The notes under the pieces were generated by a model that saw only the letters and a program-made list of their open reading frames with translations, ran no database searches and had not been told where the DNA came from. From Hyalangium minutum (GTDB taxonomy: Bacteria > Myxococcota > Myxococcia > Myxococcales > Myxococcaceae): 248,000 nucleotides of DNA. A program made the position numbers and the translations under genes. The stretch's first letter is position 1. Each line of letters opens with the position of its first letter. Location of the stretch: NCBI RefSeq assembly GCF_000737315.1, contig NZ_JMCB01000005.1, forward strand, positions 20,001-268,000, in the 5' to 3' direction. Below, piece after piece: positions 239,508 to 248,000 of this stretch.

Positions 239508-240985
239508 GCGCGCCCGTGGAGACCGTGGGGGCCAAGGGCTCGCTCAGCGAGCGGCTGGGAGACCGCATCAACCCCCTGGTGGTGAAGGAGATCCGCCAGG
239601 GCCTGCGCACCCGCATGTTCTGGGTGTGCTTCGGGCTGATGTTGCTGGCGTGCGTGCTGCTGTCGCTGATGGCGTACGCGGACGTGAAGGACGGTGGGTA
239701 CCGGGCGCGCGGGAACACGTACTTCTTCACCTACTTCGTGTGCCTGGGGCTGGTGCACTTCTTCGTCATTCCGTACAGCGCGTACCGCTCGCTGGCGCGC
239801 GAGCGCGAGGACGAGACGTGGGTGTTGCTGGCGCTCACGGGGCTGGGGCCCCGGCGCATCCTGCGGGGCAAGGTGACATCCTTCCTGGCGCAGGCGGCGC
239901 TGTACGCCTCGGCAGTGGGGCCCTTCCTGCTGTTCAGCTACTACCTCAACGGCATCGACCTGCCGACCATCCTCCTGGTGCTGGTGCTAGGGGCAGCGTG
240001 GCTGGTGTTCCTCACGGTGCTCGGGGTGTGCGCGGCGACGCTGGCGGACGCGCGGCTGGGGCGGGCGTTCGTGCACTTCCTGGTGCTGGGCCTGCTGGCC
240101 AGCGGCGTGGCGCAGGGGCTGGGCGGGGCGTTCGCGCTCAGCGAGGGCGGCTCGCGGCTGATGCGCGAGCGCGAGTTCTTCTCCGTCATCGGCGTCGCGC
240201 TGTGGCTGATGCTCAGCTATGGGTGGCTGCTGTTCGAGGCGGCGGCGGCGCGGCTGTCGCTGGTGACGGAGGACTACTCCCGAGGGCCTCGGCGGGCGCT
240301 CATCATTCAGGTGCTGGTGAGCGCGGCGATCGTGGTGGGACTGTGGGCGAATCAGTCACATGAGCGCGAGGTCGCGGTGATAGCTGGCGTGGCCGGGTGC
240401 ATGCACCTGACGCTGTGCGGGCTCTTCGTGGTCTCGGACGTGGATGGACAGGCGCGGGCGCTGCGGTCGTCGACGCGGCCCTGGAGTCTGCTGCGGCCTG
240501 GGGCGGTGCGCGGCTTCCGGCTCATGGTGTTGCTGATCGCGGGCTGGTCCATCTTCTGCGCGCTCTTGGGGCTGAGCTCGGATGACGTGCAGAGCAACTG
240601 GCGCTCGTTGATCTACGTCACCCTGGCGGCGGCTGCATACCCCGTCCTCTACTTCGCGGTGGCCATCCTGGTGGCGAAGATGCCGCGCTCGGATCGGTTG
240701 AGCTCTCCGGCGGCGGTGCGGGTGCTGTTCATATCGCTGGCGGGCCTGGGCGCGGTGCTGCCGCCGCTGTTGGCGCTGCTGGTGGACGAGCCTGCGGACA
240801 ACGGCCTCATCAACCTGCTCAACCCCATCGTGGGCCTGGTGAACTTCGGGCAGCACGACTACGGGACAGATCTGCCGAAGATGACGGTGGAGTTGCTGTG
240901 CTTCGTCTGCGGGGTGGCCGCGCTCGCCGCCTTCGCTGCGGATCGCACCCTGATCGAGCGAGAGCAGCGGGTCCACACCTCGTGA
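239504..240985 (+). CDS. ABC-2 permease
   Basis: NPLVVKEIRQ; many TM. Confidence 0.8.
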   Translation: MSAPVETVGAKGSLSERLGDRINPLVVKEIRQGLRTRMFWVCFGLMLLACVLLSLMAYADVKDGGYRARGNTYFFTYFVCLGLVHFFVIPYSAYRSLAREREDETWVLLALTGLGPRRILRGKVTSFLAQAALYASAVGPFLLFSYYLNGIDLPTILLVLVLGAAWLVFLTVLGVCAATLADARLGRAFVHFLVLGLLASGVAQGLGGAFALSEGGSRLMREREFFSVIGVALWLMLSYGWLLFEAAAARLSLVTEDYSRGPRRALIIQVLVSAAIVVGLWANQSHEREVAVIAGVAGCMHLTLCGLFVVSDVDGQARALRSSTRPWSLLRPGAVRGFRLMVLLIAGWSIFCALLGLSSDDVQSNWRSLIYVTLAAAAYPVLYFAVAILVAKMPRSDRLSSPAAVRVLFISLAGLGAVLPPLLALLVDEPADNGLINLLNPIVGLVNFGQHDYGTDLPKMTVELLCFVCGVAALAAFAADRTLIEREQRVHTS

Positions 240986-241839
240986 GCGCGGCGGACGAGA
241001 GCGAGGTGGCTCGGCTGGCGCCGGGGTTGGCGCTGGCGCTGCCTCGGGTGCCTCACCGGGGGCGGGTAGGCGAGGTGCGCGCCTCGTCCGCGGGCTCCTC
241101 GTTGGAACTGCACGACTTCCGGGTGTACCAGCCTGGGGATGACCTGCGGCAGGTGGACTGGAACGCGGTGGCGCGGACGGGGGAGATCATCCTCCGGGTG
241201 CGGCAGGACGAGGTGTCTCCGCGAGTAGAGGTGCTGGTGGATGCGTCGCGCTCCATGGCGTTGAGCCCGGCGAAGGAGGCGCGAGCGCGGGAGGTGGCGC
241301 TGCTGGCGGTGGAGGTGGCGGCGCTGCAGGGACTGACGCCCACGCTGCTCACCACGAGCGCCCGGCCGGAGCGGACACAGGGGCAGGTGTGCCGCTCGGC
241401 GCTGCGGGCGTCGGCGTTCGATGCGAAGGATGATCTGGGAGCCGCACTCGGGAGGATGCCGCCGCTGCGGCCGTGTGGCCTGCGGGTGGTGGTGAGCGAC
241501 TTCCTCTTCGAGGCGGACTTGTCTGGGCTGATGGCTCGGCTGGCGCGAGGGGCCTCGGCGCTGTTCGTGGTGCAGGTGCTGGACGCGGAGGACCTGGATC
241601 CCACGGGAGGCGAGGGGGCGCGGCTGGTGGACGCGGAGAGCGGCGCGGCGTTGGAGGAACTGCTGACCGAGGACGTGCTGGCCGCCTACGCACGCCGCTT
241701 CGCCGAGCACCAGCGCGCGCTGCGGGCTGCAGCGGCTCGGGCGAGGGCGACCCTGGTGACAGCGCCCGCACCGGAGCGGCTGAGCACGCTGGTGCGAGGC
241801 CCGCTGCGGCCGCTCTTCGTATCGGGAGGAGCGGCGTGA
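240982..241839 (+). CDS. DUF58 protein
   Basis: DFRVYQPGDDLRQVDW. Confidence 0.88.
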   Translation: MSAADESEVARLAPGLALALPRVPHRGRVGEVRASSAGSSLELHDFRVYQPGDDLRQVDWNAVARTGEIILRVRQDEVSPRVEVLVDASRSMALSPAKEARAREVALLAVEVAALQGLTPTLLTTSARPERTQGQVCRSALRASAFDAKDDLGAALGRMPPLRPCGLRVVVSDFLFEADLSGLMARLARGASALFVVQVLDAEDLDPTGGEGARLVDAESGAALEELLTEDVLAAYARRFAEHQRALRAAAARARATLVTAPAPERLSTLVRGPLRPLFVSGGAA

Positions 241840-243554
241840 GCTTTGGCTTCCCATGGGGGCTGCTGGCGCTGGGGGCGTTGGTGCCACTGGCGGCGGCGTA
241901 CTTCCTGCGGCGGCGGCAGAAGCCGGTGACGGTGAGCGCGCTGTTCCTGTGGCGCACGCCTCGGCCACGCGCGGAGGCGGGTCCGCGCTTCGAGCGCTTC
242001 ACGCGGGAGTCCTCGCTGCTGCTGGAGGCGCTGGCGGTGGTGGCGGCGGCGCTGTTCCTGGCGGACGTGCGCTTCAGCGAGGACACGCGGGCGCGGCACG
242101 TGGTGCTGGTGGTGGATGGGAGCCTCTCGTTGTCGGCGCGAGGGGCGGATGGGGTGACGGTGCTGGAGCGGGTACGCCGGGAGGCGGCCAGGCGGGTGGA
242201 GGAGGAGCGCGCCACGCGGGTGACGGTGCTGGCGAGCGGCTCGGTGCCTCGGGCGATCGCGGGCCCGGAGGCGGAGCCCTCGCGGGCGCTGGGAGCGTTG
242301 GAGTCCTTTCAGGCGCTGGGGGCGGACCACGACGTGACGGCCACGCTGCTGTGGGCGCAGGAACTGGCGGGGCCGGGACGTCGGGTGCACTTCTTCACGG
242401 ACGTGCTGCCAGCCGAGGGTGCGGTGGTGCCTCCGGCGGTGCGGTGGACGGCGCTGGGGACGGTTCGGGACAACGTGGCGCTCGTGTCGGCGCAGCGGCG
242501 GGACGAGGGCACGAAGGCGACGGTGACGCTGCGGGTGGCACGGTTTGGCGGGCCGGACTCGGTGGAGGTGCGGGTACGCGCGCAGCCGGGGCCGGGAGCG
242601 AAGGAGGGGACCGAGCAGCGCGAGGTGGTGCGGCTGCCCACGGAAGGTGCGGCGACTGTGCGCTTCACCTTTGAGAACGCGGGCGATGTGGAGGTGATGT
242701 TGCCGGACGACGCGCTGCCGGAGGATGGGCAGGCTCGGCTGGTGCCCTCGGCGGTGCGTCGGGTGCGTGTGGCGCTGGCGGAGGGACTGGAGCCGCGGAC
242801 GAAGCAGGCGCTGGAGCGCTTCCTATCGGTGGCACCCGATGTGGAGACGGCGGCCGGGGAGGGCGCGCTGATCGTGGGGCCGAGGGGCACGACCGCGAGA
242901 GTGACGGTGGGGGCGGGGGGCACGCTGCGGACATTCCTGGGGCCGTTCTTCTCGGAGAAGGGGCACCCGCTGCTGGACGACGTGCAGCTCGCGGGTGTGC
243001 GGTGGACGGCGGGAGACAATCCACCGGGCCGGGCGCTCATCACGGCGGGGGACGCGGTGCTGCTGGCCGAGGAGGACGGGCGGGTGCACGTCAACCTGGA
243101 ACTGTCGCGTTCGAATCTGCAGCGCACGCCCGCGTGGCCCGTGCTGCTGGGCAACCTGCTGCGCGAGGCCCAGCGCACGCGGGAGGGATTCCCGCGCAGG
243201 CATCTGACGCTGGGAGAGCCCCTGCCGGTGGTGACGCAGCCAGGGGCGCGCTACACGCTGGAGGGCCCGCTGGGAGAGAAGCCAGTCTTCGGAGCGGGCT
243301 CGTTGACCCTGCCTGCGCCGCCCGTGCCGGGCCGCTACACGCTGGAGCGGGATGGAGAGCCGGTGGACGCGACGGAGGTGCTGGCGCTGGACGCACGCGA
243401 GTCGGATCTGCGCGCGAGGAGCAGCGGCGAGCGGGAGGCCACTGCGGCGGAGAAAGAGGAGAGCAGCACGGGCTCATCGAGCCGGGCGCGCTGGCCCCTG
243501 CTGGTGTTGCTGGGAGCGCTGTTGGCGGACTTCTACGTCACACGGCGGAAGTAG
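241836..243554 (+). CDS. BatA/vWA-domain protein
   Basis: FGFPWGLL; VDGSLS. Confidence 0.8.
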   Translation: MSFGFPWGLLALGALVPLAAAYFLRRRQKPVTVSALFLWRTPRPRAEAGPRFERFTRESSLLLEALAVVAAALFLADVRFSEDTRARHVVLVVDGSLSLSARGADGVTVLERVRREAARRVEEERATRVTVLASGSVPRAIAGPEAEPSRALGALESFQALGADHDVTATLLWAQELAGPGRRVHFFTDVLPAEGAVVPPAVRWTALGTVRDNVALVSAQRRDEGTKATVTLRVARFGGPDSVEVRVRAQPGPGAKEGTEQREVVRLPTEGAATVRFTFENAGDVEVMLPDDALPEDGQARLVPSAVRRVRVALAEGLEPRTKQALERFLSVAPDVETAAGEGALIVGPRGTTARVTVGAGGTLRTFLGPFFSEKGHPLLDDVQLAGVRWTAGDNPPGRALITAGDAVLLAEEDGRVHVNLELSRSNLQRTPAWPVLLGNLLREAQRTREGFPRRHLTLGEPLPVVTQPGARYTLEGPLGEKPVFGAGSLTLPAPPVPGRYTLERDGEPVDATEVLALDARESDLRARSSGEREATAAEKEESSTGSSSRARWPLLVLLGALLADFYVTRRK

Positions 243555-243598
243555 CGAGGAGTGCGCGGATAAGCCTGCGCCTCGAGAACCGCCTACCC

Positions 243599-243629
243599 GG
243601 GCTCCAGCACGAACAGATGGCCCTCACTG
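243599..243629. repeat. direct repeat copy A (relic 3' end of DUF4261-like gene)
   Basis: 28/31 identity to 245504-245534. Confidence 0.7.
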
Positions 243630-243880
243630 GTCACTCACGAGAGAAGCTCCGGCGGGTTGCAATGCGTCTTGTGGGGGAACTGCCGCTGTTGCCGGGCGCT
243701 GGTCTCAAGAACCTGTCTGACAAGTAGACCACCTCGCTTCAGGCTCTTGGGAAAGGGAGTCAACTGGAGCCCTGCAGCGGTCTGGTAGCACTCTGGACCT
243801 GGGGGATCGTGTGTGCGGCAGCCGACCCATGAGGTAGGTTCTATCCCTGCAGAGGAAGCTCAGCCTGCAGGGAGCGAAAG

Positions 243881-245473
243881 ATGGACGTGCCGCTGCTCGA
243901 TGCGGATGCGGACGTGAGGAGCCTTCCGCATGGGACGAGGGTTGGACCCTGGCGGCTGAAGGGGGGACGGGGTATCGGGGCTTACGGCGCCGTGTACCGC
244001 GCTGAGCGGGTGGGCCACGAGGAAGCGGGAGATGCTGCCCTCAAGATGGCCCTCCACCCCAGGGATCCTCGCTTCAAGAGGGAAGCAGAGATGCTGAGGC
244101 GGACGCGTCATCCGAATGTACCGCGCCTGCTCGACAGCGGAGAGTGGCGGCATCCGAACGGCTTCCACCATCCGTTCATCGTGATGGAGCGCATCGATGG
244201 TGAGCCACTCTACGCGTGGGCCGAGCGCCGCAACCCGGACACGAGGCAGGTGCTGCGGTTGTTGGCTCAGGCCGCTCGGGCCCTGCAAGCTACGCATGAG
244301 GCGGGGGGAGTGCACCGGGACGTCAAGGGCGACAATGTCCTGGTTCGGCCCGTGGATGAATGGCTCTTCCTGATGGACTTCGGAGCGGGGGATTACGTGG
244401 GAGCAGAGCGGTTGACCGCCTCCCGCCTGCCGCCAGGAACTCCGCCCTACCGCAGCCCTGAGGCGTGGGCCGCCAGCAGAAACCCCTGGAGGAAGCCGCA
244501 CGAGCGATATGTTGCCGGGCCCGCCGATGATGTGTTCGCCTTGGGTGTCATGGCCTACCGGTTGGTGACAGACGAGTATCCGCCCTTCACGGATGCGAGC
244601 AGCGAAGAGGGCCAGTGCTGGCAACCTGGGGGCAGTGGGCCTCGGCCGCCAAGCGAGGTGAATTCCCGAGTGGGCCCCGAACTGGATGCCGTCATCCAAC
244701 GCATGCTGTCGCTGAACCCGAAGAAGCGGGGAACCGCCCAGGAGTTGGCGGAGGTAATGGAGCAGAGCGCCGCGCAGGTCCGTTCCGTGTCGGGCGAAGG
244801 CTTGTTCCAGTGGGAGACGCCGCAGTCCTCTGCATGGTCCCACGGGGAGGCGACCGACGTCGAGCGGCTCGGGCATCGCTTGCGGCGAAGAAACAGGAAG
244901 GCGGTGCTCGCGGCGGTGGACGCGGACGCCACCAAGAGAGCAACGGTCCATCGTCAGCAGGCAGTGGCAGGCGCCAAGACCGCGCTGCGTGGTGAGCGCG
245001 AGGTGTTGAGGGCACAGGGCCTGTCTGGGTTCGCCTTGATGGCGGCGACGGCCCTGGCGGTCCTGTTGTTATGGCTGCAGCAGCGGGAGTCCCTGAGTTC
245101 CCAGGAGGGAGTACCTGTTGCTCGCGGCACGCGCTCGGGGGAGCAGCGCGATGGAGGAGTCACCCACGTAGGGGACACCGCAGTGTCCGCTGTCTCCTCT
245201 GGTGAGCAGTCTCCGATGGGCAAGGGTGTTGCGGTCGAAGCGCCGCCCAAGCCTTTCCCAGGCCAGCTCAGGCCTGATCTCAACGGCCGCTGCCGGAAGG
245301 GGCAGTATTCGATCAACGGAGGGTGTTGGCTGAGAGTGGAGGTGAGTGACTTGGAGGACTGCAAAGGCGTCAAAAACGGCGTTGAGTTCGAGCAGTCCTG
245401 CTACACGCCGATTTTCCCTTCCAAACGAGAGCCGACCTCTGCTCCCGTGAGTCCCGTAGAACCGGAGCGTTGA
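243881..245473 (+). CDS. Ser/Thr kinase (accessory type, paralogue of 209140)
   Basis: HRDVKGDN; DFG; C-terminal CW...CY.P. Confidence 0.88.
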   Translation: MDVPLLDADADVRSLPHGTRVGPWRLKGGRGIGAYGAVYRAERVGHEEAGDAALKMALHPRDPRFKREAEMLRRTRHPNVPRLLDSGEWRHPNGFHHPFIVMERIDGEPLYAWAERRNPDTRQVLRLLAQAARALQATHEAGGVHRDVKGDNVLVRPVDEWLFLMDFGAGDYVGAERLTASRLPPGTPPYRSPEAWAASRNPWRKPHERYVAGPADDVFALGVMAYRLVTDEYPPFTDASSEEGQCWQPGGSGPRPPSEVNSRVGPELDAVIQRMLSLNPKKRGTAQELAEVMEQSAAQVRSVSGEGLFQWETPQSSAWSHGEATDVERLGHRLRRRNRKAVLAAVDADATKRATVHRQQAVAGAKTALRGEREVLRAQGLSGFALMAATALAVLLLWLQQRESLSSQEGVPVARGTRSGEQRDGGVTHVGDTAVSAVSSGEQSPMGKGVAVEAPPKPFPGQLRPDLNGRCRKGQYSINGGCWLRVEVSDLEDCKGVKNGVEFEQSCYTPIFPSKREPTSAPVSPVEPER

Positions 245474-245494
245474 AGCTCAGTCTCATCAGGCCGT

Positions 245495-246352
245495 TCACTT
245501 CTGGGGCTCCAGCACGAACAACTGGCCCTCAGTGTCGAGGAACTTCGTCTCCCTGCCGCGCGGCAGTCGGAGCTTCACGTGGCGGCCGTTCCACTCCGCC
245601 GTGTGCCCGTCCGAGAAGCTCCGCCCGGACGTCCGCAGATAATCCAGCAGGCCGGAGAACATCCCGAACGTCTCTTCTCCCTCGGCGTGGCTCCGCGCGT
245701 GCCAGGCCAGCTCCGGCAGCCCCAGCATCGGCGCTCCATATGTCCGCATCCACACCCCCGCCTCCCCCTCCACTTCCAGCTTTACGAAGCCTACGTAGAG
245801 CGCCGTGAGCGGCATCGTCCGCAGCAGTTCCAGCAGGTCCTCTCCCTCCTCTGGAATCAACGCCTGCGCCGGGAACGAGGTGTGCGCGCTCTCGTTCAGC
245901 ACCACCAGCGCCCCCTCCTTCGCCAGCGCCACCGCCACCAGCCCCAGTGCCACGAACTGTTCCAGCCGGTCCGGCTCCTCCCCCGCGTAGAACAGCAGCG
246001 CGTGCGCCGCATGCGCCCGGGCCTGTTCCTTCAAGTCGGCCCCGAAGTGCGCTGGCCCCACGCACAGCTCCACCACCGCCCCCGGCATCGGCTTGCTGAA
246101 CACCACCACCTGCACCCCGTGCTTGCCCCACCGCGCCACGCCGACCTCGGCGCCCATCGTGGTGCTCGCCTGCCGGTCGAACTCGAAGCGCGCGCCGGAG
246201 AGCGAGGGGTGAAACCCCTGGAGCGTCCGCGACAGCACATTCACGTCCAGCCGCAGCGGGCGGGGAAGCAGGAGCTGGAGGCTCAACGGCGTCTCACGAC
246301 GCGGAGCCGCTTCCGTCTTCTGCCTTCCCAAGATTCGATCGAAGAAGCCCAT
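245495..246352 (-). CDS. DUF4261-like protein
   Basis: MGFFDRILG; WMRTYG..LGLPE. Confidence 0.7.
   Translation of the reverse strand: MGFFDRILGRQKTEAAPRRETPLSLQLLLPRPLRLDVNVLSRTLQGFHPSLSGARFEFDRQASTTMGAEVGVARWGKHGVQVVVFSKPMPGAVVELCVGPAHFGADLKEQARAHAAHALLFYAGEEPDRLEQFVALGLVAVALAKEGALVVLNESAHTSFPAQALIPEEGEDLLELLRTMPLTALYVGFVKLEVEGEAGVWMRTYGAPMLGLPELAWHARSHAEGEETFGMFSGLLDYLRTSGRSFSDGHTAEWNGRHVKLRLPRGRETKFLDTEGQLFVLEPQK
245504..245534. repeat. direct repeat copy B (inside 3' end of DUF4261-like gene)
   Basis: GGGCTCCAGCACGAACAACTGGCCCTCAGTG. Confidence 0.7.
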
Positions 246353-246409
246353 GCCCCGGCGGCTTACCACACCCTCCCGAGGCATAGGCTCCGGTCTCAG
246401 TGGCTCCGA

Positions 246410-246940
246410 CTACTGGATGTAGCCGACGGTCTCGCCGCGGTCGAGGAACTCACCCTTGGAGGTGTAGCTGGAGTACCAGGAGGTGTTGTTCGTGCCGTAG
246501 CGGTCGTACTGCATGTGGGTGTGGGGGCCGGTGACGTTGCCCGTGCCGCCCTCGTCGCCAATCTGGCAGCGGTCGCAGGTCTTGTCGACCGAGGTGGGCT
246601 CCTTGAGGAAGTGCCACTGGCGGATGACGTAGTCATTCGCGAAGGTGTGCTTCACCTCGTTCTGGTTGCCGCTGCCGTTGCCGTAGCACACGACGGCGGT
246701 GGTGCGGATGGTGACGTTCCAGGACATCGAACCCACCACGCCCGTCTCGACACCCCAGTAGCCGCAAGCGTTGCGGCTGGAGATGTCCACCGCGCCGTGG
246801 AACGTGCCGCTCGAGTAATAGGTGGTGGCCGTCACATCGCCCGGGAAGGGCGAGCCCACCCGGTACGACGCGATCGCGACCGCGGGGATGAACGCCAGGG
246901 AGGCCAGCACTGCCATCGTTGTCTTCATCGTCTTGCGCAT
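246410..246940 (-). CDS. small secreted M23-like peptidase
   Basis: HGAVD (HxxxD) and GPHTH (HxH). Confidence 0.7.
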   Translation of the reverse strand: MRKTMKTTMAVLASLAFIPAVAIASYRVGSPFPGDVTATTYYSSGTFHGAVDISSRNACGYWGVETGVVGSMSWNVTIRTTAVVCYGNGSGNQNEVKHTFANDYVIRQWHFLKEPTSVDKTCDRCQIGDEGGTGNVTGPHTHMQYDRYGTNNTSWYSSYTSKGEFLDRGETVGYIQ

Positions 246941-246986
246941 CGTTGTTCCTCTCGGGCCGGAAGTCCGGCCCCCGGGGGGAGGGGTA

Positions 246987-247994
246987 CTACCGAGCCTGCT
247001 GCAACCGCTGCTTCTCCCTCTGGATCAGGCTCCAATCCTGAAGGTTCATGTTGAGGACTCGAATCCAGGAGTCGATCTCCGGCGCGAGGCTCGGGTCGAC
247101 GCCGCGCAACCGCTGGAGCTCGGGCACCGCGCCGGCGAAGCCGAGCTGGGCGATGCTCTGGAGGATGGACTTGCGCACGGCCGTGTCCTGCTCGCCGCGG
247201 TACATGCCGAGCAGCGCCTGCCGGGCGTTGGTCATCTCCGCCACGGGCACGCCTCCGAGCGCGGTGGAGGCCGCCGCGCGAATCTCCGCGGAGTCGCTGC
247301 GCAGCAACTGCTCGAGCGTGCGGGCGGACCCGGCGCTGATCTCCCCCGTCATGAGCTGACCGAGGATCTGCGTCGTCACCTTCGGGTCCGAGGAGGCCAC
247401 CGCCGCCGCCGCGGCCACGGCGGTGTCCGCCGCCCGGGCGTCGCGCCCGCCGTAGACATGCCGGTTGTCCTCGACGAGGTTGGTCGCGGCCTCTTGGCGC
247501 ACCTCGGGCGAGGGATCTCTCACCAGCCGCTCGTACATGTCCCCCGTGCGCTCCAGGGCGCCGGTGCGCCGCAGCGCGCGGATCGTGGCGGCGCGAAGGC
247601 TCGGGTCCCTGTCCTCCAGGGCGCGCTTCGCGACGGCCTGCATCGCCTCGTCCTCCAGGCCCCGTTCGGTGCGCGCCACCAGGGCCGCCGCGAGGTGCTC
247701 GACCATGACGGGGTCGTACTCGCGCTCGAAGGCGGCCTGGAGCTCGGGGAGGGGCAGGTTGACGGCGGACTCGCGCAGGAGCGTGCGCAGGTAGAGCTTG
247801 TAGGCCTCGGACTTCGAGCCGAGCCCACGGCGGATGGAGCCCATCAATCCCTCGACCGAGCAGGTGCCGGCCTTGAGGGTGGGAGCCTCGGACGAGGAGG
247901 CCGGCGGCTCGGCCAGGGCCAGCGCCGGAGCGAGGAGGCCGACGGTGAGGGCCAGGGTGGGGAGCACATTCATGCGAGGGAAGAGGCGGGTCAT
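246987..247994 (-). CDS. secreted HEAT-repeat protein
   Basis: Signal peptide; DP..R.A repeats. Confidence 0.7.
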   Translation of the reverse strand: MTRLFPRMNVLPTLALTVGLLAPALALAEPPASSSEAPTLKAGTCSVEGLMGSIRRGLGSKSEAYKLYLRTLLRESAVNLPLPELQAAFEREYDPVMVEHLAAALVARTERGLEDEAMQAVAKRALEDRDPSLRAATIRALRRTGALERTGDMYERLVRDPSPEVRQEAATNLVEDNRHVYGGRDARAADTAVAAAAAVASSDPKVTTQILGQLMTGEISAGSARTLEQLLRSDSAEIRAAASTALGGVPVAEMTNARQALLGMYRGEQDTAVRKSILQSIAQLGFAGAVPELQRLRGVDPSLAPEIDSWIRVLNMNLQDWSLIQREKQRLQQAR

Positions 247995-248000
247995 GGGGAG

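Overview
GC-rich myxobacterial chromosome segment, 248 kb. The family is probably Myxococcaceae/Archangiaceae, and the microcin C-like locus suggests Hyalangium; this is inferred from gene content, not from a search. Core housekeeping genes present: metK, ahcY, argS, PTS-Man/HPr/EI, hprK, rapZ, uppP, manC, pmm, nagZ and exbBD-tonB. Accessory blocks: (i) a duplicated microcin C-like peptide-nucleotide cluster with two Asn-terminal precursors, two ThiF adenylyltransferases, a HIT immunity protein and a C39/ABC exporter, plus a divergent SdpA/B-like pair; (ii) a tryptophanase / indole-monooxygenase / aromatic-prenyltransferase locus; (iii) a starch/maltodextrin utilisation locus; (iv) a cobalamin-riboswitch btu operon; (v) a chemosensory operon; (vi) orphan Tad-type minor pilins; (vii) a Septu-like AAA+HNH pair divergent from a SIR2-CHAT gene; (viii) Sit-type toxin/immunity cassettes, an MbnH/MbnP locus and two MoxR/DUF58/vWA systems. 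The most unusual unexplained signal is a ~157-nt minus-strand structured element between ahcY and ychJ. It has a long stem with G-U pairs that encloses a Met-type anticodon-like arm (CUCAUAA), a T-arm (GGUUCAACUCC) and a D-like arm in non-canonical order. I saw no CRISPR array, rRNA, canonical tRNA, transposase, integrase or reverse transcriptase. All family calls come from motifs read by eye; no database searches were run.
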